From positions 1-35,148 of the forward strand of contig JAHFCA010000001.1 in assembly GCA_023249715.1 (NCBI GenBank): DNA of 35,148 nt, written 5' to 3'. Made by a program: the position numbers and the translations under genes. Shown here one piece after another: positions 1 through 9,538 of the stretch. Origin of the DNA: Elusimicrobiota bacterium (GTDB lineage: Bacteria; Elusimicrobiota; Elusimicrobia; 2-02-FULL-39-32). Position 1 is the stretch's first letter. Every line of letters begins with the position of its first letter. Below the pieces are notes generated by a model. That model was not told the DNA's origin, made no database searches, and worked only from the letters and a program-made list of their open reading frames with translations.

Positions 1-159
1 ATTTCTGATGGCTCTGAAAAACCATATCGCGTTCATGTGCGCGCGCCCTCTTTTATTAATTTAGCTATTTTACAGGAAATTTTAGTTGGGATGAAAGTCT
101 CTGATGTGATTGCTATTTTGGGAAGTATCGATATCGTTTTAGGGGAAGTGGACCGATGA
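1..159 (+). CDS. nuoD: NADH-quinone oxidoreductase subunit D, C-terminal fragment (5' end outside window)
   Basis: Frame-1 translation [52 protein letters not shown] matches the conserved C-terminal end of NuoD/49-kDa subunits (PYR..R.P.F..L..., G..D.V.GE.DR). The TGA stop at 157-159 overlaps the nuoH ATG (ATGA). Not in the ORF track because it has no start in the window. Confidence 0.85.
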   Translation: MSDGSEKPYRVHVRAPSFINLAILQEILVGMKVSDVIAILGSIDIVLGEVDR

Positions 160-1319
160 TTTTTCCAGTTCTCACCCAAAGTCAAAAAAGATCCATTGGA
201 GTCTTGGCGGCAATGGCGGGGTTTGGATCGGGTGGGGTTCTTTTGGTGGGAGAGCTCAATGTCCGATTTTCTCAAATTTGGAATTTTGCGCAGGAGATCG
301 CTTTAAAAAATTCGATCCCCTCTTTTATAGTCAGTCTTGTTTCAATGGTTATTCAATGTTCCCTATTGATTGGTTTTATTTCGGTCTCCGTGATGTTCAT
401 GGTCTGGTGGGAAAGGAAAATTTCCGCGCATATGCAAAGCAGATTAGGGCCTATGTTTACGGGGGGATGGCATGGTTGGGCGCAAACGATTGCGGATGCC
501 ATTAAACTTTTACTTAAAGAAGATATTATCCCGGTGACCGCAAATCCATGGGTGCATCGTCTGGCTCCCGTGTTGGTCTTTGTTCCTTGTTTTTTATGTT
601 ATGCCGCGCTTCCTTTTGGAAAGGGACTTATTTCTGCGGATTTAGACATTGGCATACTCTACATTTTTGCAATATCCGGTCTTTCTGTATTGGGGATTGT
701 AATGGCGGGGTGGGGTTCTGGGAATAAATATTCACTCTTAGGGGGACTTCGTGCCGCGGCTCAATCTGTTTCCTATGAAATCCCCAGAGTTTTATCTGTT
801 GTCCCGATATTAATGTTTACGGGATCTCTAAAGTTAACCCAAATTGCCGGAGCCCAGACTGGATTTTGGTCACTCTATGGAATCCCTGTATTGCCCCGTT
901 GGTTTATATTTTATCCTGTGATTGGGCAGCTTGCCTTTATCATTTTTTTAATTTGTTCTGTTGCCGAAACCAATCGGACTCCTTTTGATATAGCAGAAGC
1001 AGAATCGGAGTTGGTGGCCGGATTTCATACGGAGTATTCAGGCATGAAATTTTCTTTCTTTTTTTTGGCGGAGTACGCTTATGTTTTCTTGTCCAGCGGG
1101 ATGATGACGGCGCTTTTTTTGGGTGGGGGAAGCGGCCCTTTTTTCCCTTCCTGGGTTTGGTTCTTGCTTAAGAGTTTTGCTTTTGTATTTTTATTTTTAT
1201 GGTTTCGATGGACTTTTCCGCGGTTAAGAGTCGATAGGCTTATGGAATTTACCTGGAAATTTTTACTCCCATGGAGCTTCTTTAATATTTTATTAACTGG
1301 GTTTATACAACTGATCTAA
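156..1319 (+). CDS. nuoH: NADH-quinone oxidoreductase subunit H (membrane, quinone-site subunit)
   Basis: 387-aa polytopic ORF with NuoH/ND1 signatures: [47 protein letters not shown]. The start at 156 is translationally coupled to nuoD. About 50 aa precede the usual NuoH N-terminus, so the true start could be internal (in-frame TTG 243 or GTG 246). Confidence 0.9.
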   Translation: MIFPVLTQSQKRSIGVLAAMAGFGSGGVLLVGELNVRFSQIWNFAQEIALKNSIPSFIVSLVSMVIQCSLLIGFISVSVMFMVWWERKISAHMQSRLGPMFTGGWHGWAQTIADAIKLLLKEDIIPVTANPWVHRLAPVLVFVPCFLCYAALPFGKGLISADLDIGILYIFAISGLSVLGIVMAGWGSGNKYSLLGGLRAAAQSVSYEIPRVLSVVPILMFTGSLKLTQIAGAQTGFWSLYGIPVLPRWFIFYPVIGQLAFIIFLICSVAETNRTPFDIAEAESELVAGFHTEYSGMKFSFFFLAEYAYVFLSSGMMTALFLGGGSGPFFPSWVWFLLKSFAFVFLFLWFRWTFPRLRVDRLMEFTWKFLLPWSFFNILLTGFIQLI

Positions 1320-1322
1320 ATT

Positions 1323-1781
1323 ATGATTCGTTACTTTAGCCGTATCTATAGAGTTTCTAAAGCGCTTCTGCAAGGGATGGGAGTGACTTTTTGCTGGCTG
1401 TTTAAGCCGGCGATTACTGTTCAATATCCCGACGAAAAATTAACTCCCGCGGAAAGGTTTAGGGGGGCGCTCACTTTTGATAAGGAAACATGCACCGCTT
1501 GTCTGCTGTGCGTTAAGGCTTGTCCGACAGCGTGCATCACTTTGGAACCGGCGACGGATTCTGTTACAAAAAAGCGCTTAGCTAAAGTGTCGTGGTATCA
1601 GATTGATTTTGGAAAATGCAACTATTGTCGGCTCTGTGAAGAGGCTTGCCCCACGAAGCCAATTAAATCGGTGAGACATACGCATGACTATGAATGGGGG
1701 ATGAAGCAACGCAGCGATATGTTTGTGAAGTGGAGAAGGGAACAAAAAAAAGAAGAGACTCAATTAGAGAAAACTGCTTAG
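1323..1781 (+). CDS. nuoI: NADH-quinone oxidoreductase subunit I (2x[4Fe-4S] ferredoxin-type)
   Basis: 152 aa with two CxxCxxCxxxCP motifs (CTACLLCVKACP and CNYCRLCEEACP). Lies between nuoH and nuoJ. Confidence 0.9.
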   Translation: MIRYFSRIYRVSKALLQGMGVTFCWLFKPAITVQYPDEKLTPAERFRGALTFDKETCTACLLCVKACPTACITLEPATDSVTKKRLAKVSWYQIDFGKCNYCRLCEEACPTKPIKSVRHTHDYEWGMKQRSDMFVKWRREQKKEETQLEKTA

Positions 1782-1784
1782 GTT

Positions 1785-2270
1785 ATGGTTACTGAAATTA
1801 TATTTTATAGTATCTCTTTTCTTCTTTTATTATGCGCCATACAAGTGGTTACAGTGCGCAGCGTATTTAGTTCGGCCCTGTATTTAGCGGGAGCGCTTTC
1901 GATGGTGGCGGCTCTTTTTGTTTTATTGGGGGCGGACTTTTTGGCGGCAGTTCAGATTTTGCTCTACGTTGGTGGCATTTTGGTGCTCCTTGTTTTTGCC
2001 GTTATGCTTTCGAGCGTTCAACAAGCGAAGCTCTACGCGCAAGTGAATGAGCAGTGGGTCCCCTCCCTGATTGTTTGTCTGGGTCTTTTTCTTTTGATTG
2101 GGATCGGGCTTAAGCGCGTTTCCTTTGTAGAGGGAACGGTACTCCATGCGCCCACTACTAAGGGATTAGGCACCCTTTTGTTGGGGGGTATGATTCTCCC
2201 GTTTGAAGTTGTTTCCCTTATTCTGTTGGCTTCTTTAGTTGGGGCTATTCTATTTTCCAGGAAAACTTGA
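1785..2270 (+). CDS. nuoJ: NADH-quinone oxidoreductase subunit J
   Basis: 161-aa hydrophobic ORF in the canonical operon slot. Contains the ND6-like segment FLAAVQILLYVGGILVLLVF. Confidence 0.8.
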   Translation: MVTEIIFYSISFLLLLCAIQVVTVRSVFSSALYLAGALSMVAALFVLLGADFLAAVQILLYVGGILVLLVFAVMLSSVQQAKLYAQVNEQWVPSLIVCLGLFLLIGIGLKRVSFVEGTVLHAPTTKGLGTLLLGGMILPFEVVSLILLASLVGAILFSRKT

Positions 2271-2578
2271 CGATGACCTTACACCCTTATTTGATTGTGA
2301 GCGCGTTCCTTTTGATTATTGGGATCTATGGAGTCCTTACGCGCAGAAATATTATTGGTATTTTAATGTCTATTGAGCTTATTTTTAATTCGGTCAATAT
2401 TAATTTAGTGGCGTTTAACCACTTCCTTTATGGTGGGAATCTTTATGGACAAGGGATTACCATTTTTGTGATTGCCGTGGCCGCGGCAGAGGCGGTCGTA
2501 GGTCTTTCTCTAGTTTTGGCTATTTATAGAAATATAAAGAGCGTCTACGTAGAGAATATGAATATTTTAAAAGGATAA
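2267..2578 (+). CDS. nuoK: NADH-quinone oxidoreductase subunit K
   Basis: 103 aa with 3 TM segments and ND4L-like motifs (SIELIFNSVN, AAAEAVVGLSLVLAIYR). TTG 2267 overlaps the nuoJ stop (TTGA). ATG 2273 is an alternative start. Confidence 0.85.
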   Translation: MTMTLHPYLIVSAFLLIIGIYGVLTRRNIIGILMSIELIFNSVNINLVAFNHFLYGGNLYGQGITIFVIAVAAAEAVVGLSLVLAIYRNIKSVYVENMNILKG

Positions 2579-2579
2579 A

Positions 2580-4547
2580 ATGATAGATTACGCTCCTTTG
2601 ATTGTTTTATTGCCGTTGGCGGCAGCGGTTCTTATATTCTTTTTTGGGCGCTTTTTACCATTGCGGGGCGCCTTTGTTGGAATTCTTGCAATCTTCATCG
2701 CCCTTTTGAACTCTCTTGGCTTGTTGGTCCATTGCTGGCAAAATCCTGGTTTTACAAAAGAACTCTCTCTTACGTGGTATCAATTTAGCACCCTTAAAAC
2801 AGAATTAGGATTTATGATCGATGGTCTTTCTTCCTTAATGCTGGTCATTGTTACATTGGTTTCCTTTTTGGTGCAGATATACTCTTTAGGATATATGCAT
2901 GAAGATCCTCGGTTTAAACGGTACTATTCCTATCTATCCTTATTTACTTTTTCCATGCTTTTTTTGGTGGTCTCCAATAATTTTTTACAAATATTTATGG
3001 GGTGGGAGTTGGTGGGTTTATCTAGTTACCTATTGATTGGTTTTTGGTTTGAAAAGGATTCCGCCGCCAGCGCCGGCCGGAAAGCATTTATTACCAATAA
3101 GGTGGGGGATATTGGTTTTTTCCTTGGAATTATGTGCACCTTCTTTTATTTTAAAACGCTGAATTTCAATGAAGTTCAAATGGCGTTGGGCGGAAATATT
3201 ATTTCTCCGAAAATTTGCGGAATAATTGCTTTATTGCTTTTCTGCGGCGCAATTGGCAAATCGGCCCAAGTGCCGCTCCATATTTGGTTGCCGGATGCCA
3301 TGGAAGGTCCTACCCCCGTTTCTGCTCTTATTCATGCGGCGACCATGGTTGCTGCTGGAGTCTATATGGTGGCCCGAATCTATTTTATGTTTCACTATGG
3401 AGCCTTTTCTCTAGAAGTTGTGGCTTGGTTTGGAATGGCGACCGCTTTCCTAGCGGCAACGATGGCGCTTGTGACGAACGATATTAAAAGAGTATTGGCG
3501 TTTTCTACTGTAAGCCAGCTGGGATACATGATTTTAGCCATGGGAGTCGGGGGTAGAACGGCCGGAATGTACCATTTGACCACGCATGCTTTTTTTAAAG
3601 CGCTGTTATTTTTAGGGGCGGGTTCCGTTATTCATGCAGTGCATACGAACGACATTCAAAAAATGGGCGGACTCTCTAAAAAGATGATCTGGACATTTTG
3701 GTCTTTTACTTTTGCCTGGGTAGCGATCTCTGGAGTTTGGCCCTTTGCCGGTTTTTTTAGTAAAGATGCTATTTTAGAAGAGGCTCTTTTAAGTGGGCAT
3801 ACGTTTATATTCTGGGGAGCTCTTTTTGTGGCTTTTTTAACCGCTTTTTATATGACGCGCCTTTATATTCTGGTATTTTTGAAATCTCCCAGAGAAGCTC
3901 ATCTCTATGCTCACGCGCAGGAGTCCCCTACTACGATGGTGTTGCCTTTAATTGTTCTCGCGGTCTTATCTCTTATTTCGGGATACCTCTTTAAGGATTC
4001 TATACATCACTTAGTGCCCTCCCTAGGAACTATTTCAGAAGAAGCTCCTCTGGTACATGGACCGCATTGGTTTGTTCCCGCTATTTCAAGTTTGTTCGCA
4101 TTGTCTGGAATGGCACTATCCTTTTTATTTTATTTTATGAAAGTGTTCTCAGCCGAGAAGGTTGCCACAACCTTTCCCTGGATTTACCGGATATTAGTTA
4201 ATAAATATGGATTTGATGAATTTTATATCCAATGCATTGTAAAACCGGCGGATGCGCTTGCGGGAAAATTGGCTCAATTTGACACTCTCTTCTTTGACCA
4301 AAGAGGCGTGGATGGAATTGGTAGGTTTGCGGATTGGCTATCCATGGCTCAAGATTGGATGGACAGAAATATTATCGATAAACTTGTAGATTTATGGGGA
4401 ACTTTAGCCCTAAAGTTAAGTCTGTTAGTAAAACAGTTTCAAACTGGTTTAGTTCAAAACTATATTTTTATTTTAGTCCTGGGATTTGGGCTTTTAGTTT
4501 TTTGGCAGTTGCAGCTTAATTTAAACGATCTCTTAAATTTATTTTAA
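2580..4547 (+). CDS. nuoL: NADH-quinone oxidoreductase subunit L (antiporter-like, long C-terminal helix)
   Basis: 655 aa with Mrp/ND5-type motifs (GWELVGLSSYLLIGFW, GKSAQVPLHIWLPDAMEGPTPVSALIHAATMV, FSTVSQLGYM). Size and operon position fit NuoL. Confidence 0.9.
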   Translation: MIDYAPLIVLLPLAAAVLIFFFGRFLPLRGAFVGILAIFIALLNSLGLLVHCWQNPGFTKELSLTWYQFSTLKTELGFMIDGLSSLMLVIVTLVSFLVQIYSLGYMHEDPRFKRYYSYLSLFTFSMLFLVVSNNFLQIFMGWELVGLSSYLLIGFWFEKDSAASAGRKAFITNKVGDIGFFLGIMCTFFYFKTLNFNEVQMALGGNIISPKICGIIALLLFCGAIGKSAQVPLHIWLPDAMEGPTPVSALIHAATMVAAGVYMVARIYFMFHYGAFSLEVVAWFGMATAFLAATMALVTNDIKRVLAFSTVSQLGYMILAMGVGGRTAGMYHLTTHAFFKALLFLGAGSVIHAVHTNDIQKMGGLSKKMIWTFWSFTFAWVAISGVWPFAGFFSKDAILEEALLSGHTFIFWGALFVAFLTAFYMTRLYILVFLKSPREAHLYAHAQESPTTMVLPLIVLAVLSLISGYLFKDSIHHLVPSLGTISEEAPLVHGPHWFVPAISSLFALSGMALSFLFYFMKVFSAEKVATTFPWIYRILVNKYGFDEFYIQCIVKPADALAGKLAQFDTLFFDQRGVDGIGRFADWLSMAQDWMDRNIIDKLVDLWGTLALKLSLLVKQFQTGLVQNYIFILVLGFGLLVFWQLQLNLNDLLNLF

Positions 4548-4571
4548 ATTCATTAAAGGAGTAGCACACTT

Positions 4572-6077
4572 ATGTCAACGTTAAGTCTGATTACATTTAT
4601 GCCGGTCCTTGGGGCGCTGCTGATTTTGCTCCTCTCAAAAGAAAAAGTATATCTCCACCGCTTTATCGCTCTCCTTTTTTCGGGGATCTCTTTTATCACT
4701 TCTATCGCTTTATTTTGTTCCTTCGATCGGGCTACGCCAGGAATGCAATTTGTTGAAAAAATTTCGTGGATTCCCGCCATGGGCGTTCAATATCATGTGG
4801 GAGTAGATGGTCTATCGTATCCTTTGGTTTTACTGACAACGTTGCTCTCTCTCCTTTCTATTATCGCTTCTTTTAATATTACCAACCGGGTTAAAGAATA
4901 TTTTTTCTGGTTTTTACTCCTGGAAACGGGGATGTTGGGAGTATTTGTCTCTTTGGATTTTTTCCTTTTTTATATTTTTTGGGAAGTCATGTTGGTTCCT
5001 ATGTATTTTTTAATTGGAATTTGGGGCGGTCCTCAGAAAGAGTATGCGGCCATAAAGTTTTTTCTTTATACCTTATTTGGTTCTGTCTTCTTATTGATAG
5101 CTATCCTAGCTCTTTATTTTAGAAGTGAACCGCATACGTTTGATATTTTGCAGTTAACAGCTCAAAATTCTCAATTTATTGGCAAATTCCAATATGTCGT
5201 CTTCTTGCTTTCCTTTATTGGTTTTGCGATCAAAGTTCCGGTATTTCCGTTCCATACTTGGTTGCCGTTAGCTCACGTAGAAGCCCCAACCGCCGTATCG
5301 GTCATTTTGGCGGGAGTTCTATTAAAATTGGGAACCTATGGAATGATGCGCATTTCCTTTCCGCTGTTTCCTCAGGCTGCTTTATGGTTTGCCGTTCCGC
5401 TTTTAATTTTGGCTTTTATCAATATTATCTATGGAGCTTTTGTCGCCATGGCTCAGAAGGATATGAAAAAAATGGTCGCGTATTCCTCTATTAATCATAT
5501 GGGGTACGCTCTTTTAGGAATGGCTAGTTTTACCTTGACGGGATTTAATGGAGCCGTTTTGCAAATGATTAATCATGGAATTATAACAGGATCTCTATTT
5601 TTGTTGGTAGGAGTCATTTATGATAGAACGCATACCAGAGATATCCATGCCTTTGGAGGGTTGGGGGCAAGGCTTCCTATTTATACCGGGATTATGACGG
5701 TAGCCGTGATGGCTTCTTTGGGATTGCCTGGATTAGCCGGGTTTGTGTCGGAATTTTTATGTTTCCTGGGTTCTTTTACCTCGGCATCGCAAAGGGTGGT
5801 ATTTTCTAGCATTCCCGCGTTTAAGTTCTTTACGGCGCTCTCTGTAATTGGGATTTTAATAACAGCCGCCTTTTTCTTAAGGATGGTGCAAAAAGTATTT
5901 TTAGGAAAATTTAATGAGAAGTGGGCCGAACTTAAGGATATGAATTTTAGGGAATTGATCGCTGTCATCCCCTTAACGGCATTGACCTTATGGATCGGGG
6001 TGGCTCCTGGTTGGCTTATTCGCATGATGGATTCTACCATGAGTTCTCTCATTCACTTGATTACGGGAGTTAAATAA
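4572..6077 (+). CDS. nuoM: NADH-quinone oxidoreductase subunit M
   Basis: 501 aa with ND4-type motifs (FYIFWEVMLVPMYFLIGIWGG, FHTWLPLAHVEAPTAVSVILAG, YSSINHMGY). Confidence 0.9.
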   Translation: MSTLSLITFMPVLGALLILLLSKEKVYLHRFIALLFSGISFITSIALFCSFDRATPGMQFVEKISWIPAMGVQYHVGVDGLSYPLVLLTTLLSLLSIIASFNITNRVKEYFFWFLLLETGMLGVFVSLDFFLFYIFWEVMLVPMYFLIGIWGGPQKEYAAIKFFLYTLFGSVFLLIAILALYFRSEPHTFDILQLTAQNSQFIGKFQYVVFLLSFIGFAIKVPVFPFHTWLPLAHVEAPTAVSVILAGVLLKLGTYGMMRISFPLFPQAALWFAVPLLILAFINIIYGAFVAMAQKDMKKMVAYSSINHMGYALLGMASFTLTGFNGAVLQMINHGIITGSLFLLVGVIYDRTHTRDIHAFGGLGARLPIYTGIMTVAVMASLGLPGLAGFVSEFLCFLGSFTSASQRVVFSSIPAFKFFTALSVIGILITAAFFLRMVQKVFLGKFNEKWAELKDMNFRELIAVIPLTALTLWIGVAPGWLIRMMDSTMSSLIHLITGVK

Positions 6078-6079
6078 AA

Positions 6080-7525
6080 ATGATCGCTTCCATTCGGCTC
6101 ATCCTTCCAGAAATTTTTTTGAGCGGCAGCGCCCTGTTCCTTTTAGGATGGGATGCCTTTATTCAAGAGCATCTAAAAAAGTGGGTTTTCTGGATGAGTT
6201 TTTTTGCTTTAGCTATTACTTTTTTTCTATTGATCCATCCTCCTCAAGAAGGGGTGGCTTTTGGAATGTTAGTCCAGGATCCTTTTTCATTATTTTTTAA
6301 AGTCCTAGCGTTATTCAGCGCTGGATTTATTTTGCTTATCTCCAGGGAAGATAAAGCGTTAATGGGGGATTATGCTGGAACTTATGTCAGTTTAATTTTA
6401 TTTTCCGTTGTAGGAACGATGTTTTTAAGCTCTGCCAAAGATTTGCTGATGTTGTTTCTAGGGATGGAACTAACCACGATTCCCCTTTTTATTCTGGCTG
6501 GATTTTTGAGAAATGATTTACGTTCCAGCGAAGGAGCCATAAAATTCTTTTTAGTGGGGACTCTCTCCACAGGGTTGATGCTTTTTGGAATATCCTATCT
6601 CTATGGGCTTACCGGATCCACTCAATTTAAAGAAATTTATGAATGGTTTAATAAAACGCAATTAGGAAATGGAGATTTAGTTTTATTTTTTTTAGCGATT
6701 CTATTTCTCTTAGCGGGTTTAGGGTTTAAATTATCTCTAGTGCCTTTCCATCAGTGGACTCCGGATACCTATGAAGGAGCCCCGACCCCTATTACCGCGT
6801 TTTTTTCTGTTTCTCGGGAAGCTGGAGTGATTGTTGTAACAGTACGCTTATTTAGCGAATATTTGAAGCAAAACCAAATGGGAATGACTTCTTTCTTTGC
6901 CTTGCTTTCTATTTTGACGATGACTATAGGGAATATTGCTGCTTTAAGACAGAATAATTTAAAACGGTTATTGGCCTACTCTTCCATTGCCCATGCGGGG
7001 ACTATTTTTATTGGTTTAGTGGCCGGGAATCGCTTAGGAAGAGAAGGAATAATGCTTTATAGTTTGGCTTACTTTTTAATGAGTTTAGGGGCTTTTAGTG
7101 TGGTAATCTACGTTTCCAGACTAAAAAATAGTGAGGATATTAGCAGTATTCAAGGCCTCTCTAAAGAGAATTTTCCTCTTAGCCTCATGATGCTCTTTTT
7201 TCTATTGTCTTTATCGGGCATTCCTCCTTTTTTAGGTTTTTGGGCGAAATTCTATGTTTTTTGGGCTGCTATCGAAGCAAAACTTTTTTATTTGGTCGCC
7301 ATTGCTTTGCTGAACGCCATTATTGCGGTGTACTACTATTTTAGAATTGTCCATAAAATGTTTTTTCAAGAACCTTCTTACTCCCAACCTCTTTCATCGC
7401 GATTAGAAAGACACTATGGTTTGGAATTTGCCACTCTTTTGGCCGTGTCACTGCTTCTTTTATTCGGCATATTCCCTCAAAGCTTACTCTCTTGGATTAA
7501 GGGAAGTTCTGTTATAATTCCTTGA
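6080..7525 (+). CDS. nuoN: NADH-quinone oxidoreductase subunit N
   Basis: 481 aa with ND2-type motifs (GMELTTIPLF, PFHQWTPDTYEGAPTPITAF, AYSSIAHAG). Last antiporter-like subunit of the operon. Confidence 0.85.
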   Translation: MIASIRLILPEIFLSGSALFLLGWDAFIQEHLKKWVFWMSFFALAITFFLLIHPPQEGVAFGMLVQDPFSLFFKVLALFSAGFILLISREDKALMGDYAGTYVSLILFSVVGTMFLSSAKDLLMLFLGMELTTIPLFILAGFLRNDLRSSEGAIKFFLVGTLSTGLMLFGISYLYGLTGSTQFKEIYEWFNKTQLGNGDLVLFFLAILFLLAGLGFKLSLVPFHQWTPDTYEGAPTPITAFFSVSREAGVIVVTVRLFSEYLKQNQMGMTSFFALLSILTMTIGNIAALRQNNLKRLLAYSSIAHAGTIFIGLVAGNRLGREGIMLYSLAYFLMSLGAFSVVIYVSRLKNSEDISSIQGLSKENFPLSLMMLFFLLSLSGIPPFLGFWAKFYVFWAAIEAKLFYLVAIALLNAIIAVYYYFRIVHKMFFQEPSYSQPLSSRLERHYGLEFATLLAVSLLLLFGIFPQSLLSWIKGSSVIIP

Positions 7526-8568
7526 AGCATTTAAAAATTGTGGAAGCCCCTGCCGGAGTAGAAAAATCGCTCGCTCTTAAAAAAATACTGTCCCCTATAT
7601 TGCCCGGTTTAAGCCAAGTAGAATTGAAACTGAAGGCACTTGGCGATGAAAGTAATGGAATTCTTAAAGATTCCGCCCATTATGTTTTAGATGGAGAGGG
7701 AAAGAGACTTCGCGCCGCGCTTGTTCTATTTTGCGCTTCAATCGAGCACGATTCTAATAAAAATTTATCAAGTTCTGTTAGAAAAGATAAAGTCGAGCGA
7801 GTTATGGAAATGGCTGCCGCTGTTGAGTTAATTCATGCGGCGACTTTAGTTCACGATGATATTGTAGATGGGTCCATCTTGCGCCGTTTAAAACCAACGG
7901 TCAATATTAAGTTTGGAGACGAAGTGGCTGTTCTCTTAGGCGATTTCCTATACTCTAAAGCGTTTAAGATGATCGCAGAGGTAGGGGATGAAACATTAAC
8001 CTGTGAAATGGCTCGTACCACACAAGGGATGTGTGAGGGGGAGATAGATCAGCTTAAGAATCGCTATAAACCTAATCTTACGATGGAAGAATACTTTTCT
8101 TTTATTGAAAGAAAAACAGCCTCTTTAATAGCCAGCAGCGCTTTTGCGGGAGCCCGATTAGCTCCTTTGCCGCTAAAGGAACAGATGGCTTTGCAAAAAT
8201 TTGCCCTAAATGTTGGAATTTCTTATCAAATTATAGATGATCTTTTAGATGTCATCGGGAGTGAGTCTAAGTTAGGAAAAACTTTAAGGACGGATACCGG
8301 CAACGGGAAAATGACCCTTCCTATGATTTTGTTGTTTAAACGGATGCAAGATTCTGAAAAACAAAAATTTATAGAGGGTTTTGCCACCGTTCATATGGAT
8401 TGGGAATTTATTCAAACTCTCTTGGAGCGGCATAAAATTGTGGAACTTACAAAAAGTTATGCCGATAATTATTTTGAAGGCGCGGTAGAATCTTTGAATG
8501 GAATTCCATCCGCAGCGCGAGAATCGCTTTTAAATTTATCCCAATTCATTTTAAATAGAGATTATTAA
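7522..8568 (+). CDS. trans-polyprenyl diphosphate synthase (IspB/HepT-like; chain length not determinable)
   Basis: 348 aa with both aspartate-rich motifs of trans-prenyltransferases: LIHAATLVHDDIVD (FARM) and YQIIDDLLD (SARM), plus GKTLRTD. The TTG start overlaps the nuoN stop (TTGA). Confidence 0.85.
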   Translation: MKHLKIVEAPAGVEKSLALKKILSPILPGLSQVELKLKALGDESNGILKDSAHYVLDGEGKRLRAALVLFCASIEHDSNKNLSSSVRKDKVERVMEMAAAVELIHAATLVHDDIVDGSILRRLKPTVNIKFGDEVAVLLGDFLYSKAFKMIAEVGDETLTCEMARTTQGMCEGEIDQLKNRYKPNLTMEEYFSFIERKTASLIASSAFAGARLAPLPLKEQMALQKFALNVGISYQIIDDLLDVIGSESKLGKTLRTDTGNGKMTLPMILLFKRMQDSEKQKFIEGFATVHMDWEFIQTLLERHKIVELTKSYADNYFEGAVESLNGIPSAARESLLNLSQFILNRDY

Positions 8569-8571
8569 ACT

Positions 8572-8600
8572 TTGTTGAAGCTCTTAACTTATGTTAAAAT
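8572..8600 (+). promoter_or_regulatory. candidate sigma70-type promoter for tatA-tatC (extended -10)
   Basis: TTGTTG (8572-8577), 17-nt spacer, TAAAAT (8595-8600), preceded by TG at 8592-8593. Shine-Dalgarno (SD) TAGGAGA lies 7 nt before the ATG at 8621. Sequence pattern only. Confidence 0.35.
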
Positions 8601-8620
8601 AAACCGATAGGAGAAATTTT

Positions 8621-8809
8621 ATGTTTCAAAATATAGGTATTTGGGATTGGATCGTAATCCTCTTGATTGTGCTGGTTTTGTTTGGGGGGAAAAAATTGCC
8701 GGAGTTATCTAGATCTCTCGGCCGCTCTATTTCTCTCTTTAAAAAAGGATTAAAAGAAGGGGAAGAAGAGATAAAAAACCTAGATCATAAAGACAAAGAT
8801 TCCGAATAG
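8621..8809 (+). CDS. tatA: twin-arginine translocase subunit TatA/E
   Basis: 62 aa: N-terminal TM helix, then the hinge and amphipathic helix (LVLFGGKKLPELSRSLGRSI), then an acidic tail. Confidence 0.85.
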   Translation: MFQNIGIWDWIVILLIVLVLFGGKKLPELSRSLGRSISLFKKGLKEGEEEIKNLDHKDKDSE

Positions 8810-8827
8810 TTCCCACCCTTCCTTTTT

Positions 8828-9538
8828 ATGGAAGATACCCCTCGCCCTCTTACAGACCATTTGGAAGAATTACGCCGACGGTGCATCCGGGGCATTCTCG
8901 CGGTAGCAGCTGGGACGGTTCTAAGTTATTTTTTTGTAGATTCTATTTTTTTATTTTTAGCAAAACCGATTGGGTCTTTTGTATTTTTGCGCCCGACCGA
9001 TGCATTTTTTGCCCGTCTAAAGATAGCGTTATCTACGGGCATTATCATTGCCATGCCTGTTTTGCTGCTACAGATTTGGAAATTTATCGTGGTAGCTTTA
9101 AAGCCGTTAGAAAGAAAATCTCATTTTTGGATATTGCCCACTTCCTATATTCTTTTTATTTTGGGTTTTTCGTTTGGTTTTTTTCTTTTAGTCCCTTTAG
9201 GGGTAAAATTTTTATTGAGTTATTCTTCCAGCGTTCTACATCCCTTAATCTCCATTGATGAATATATTGATTTTATTGGAGTTCTCTGTATCGCTTTAGG
9301 CGCTTTATTCCAGTCCCCTTTGGTCACATTCTTTATTGCCCGGTTTGGGTTTTTACAAGCGAAGACTCTCTCTAAAAAAAGACGAATAGCTCTTTTAGTA
9401 ATTTATGTGGCAAGCGCCATCGTGACTCCGGGGCCCGATCCTGTGACTAGTTTTCTTTTAGCCTGTTCCAGTTATCTCTTATATGAATTTTCTATATGGA
9501 CAGCAACGTGGGGAGAACGTAAATATTCGTTGGATTAA
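8828..9538 (+). CDS. tatC: twin-arginine translocase subunit TatC
   Basis: 236 aa with 6 predicted TM segments and the typical N-terminal L.DHLEELRRR motif. Immediately downstream of tatA. Confidence 0.85.
   Translation: MEDTPRPLTDHLEELRRRCIRGILAVAAGTVLSYFFVDSIFLFLAKPIGSFVFLRPTDAFFARLKIALSTGIIIAMPVLLLQIWKFIVVALKPLERKSHFWILPTSYILFILGFSFGFFLLVPLGVKFLLSYSSSVLHPLISIDEYIDFIGVLCIALGALFQSPLVTFFIARFGFLQAKTLSKKRRIALLVIYVASAIVTPGPDPVTSFLLACSSYLLYEFSIWTATWGERKYSLD

Noticed and set aside
33-275. 80-aa minus-strand ORF spanning the nuoD/nuoH junction, and similar short minus-strand ORFs throughout (for example 1578-1763, 1923-2147, 4553-4780, 14076-14378, 15036-15344).
   Set aside because: All overlap confidently assigned + strand genes, have no motifs, and sit at the 60-120 aa size expected by chance.
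8881-9258. Same-strand nested ORFs in alternative frames: 8881-9258 in tatC, 28054-28503 in ftsK, 3215-3487 and 3226-3414 in nuoL, 5258-5494 in nuoM, 278-505 in nuoH.
   Set aside because: Each is embedded in a gene whose main frame shows strong family motifs. The alternative-frame peptides are Cys/Arg/Phe-rich nonsense typical of T-rich membrane-protein genes. No SD or conservation argument is available.
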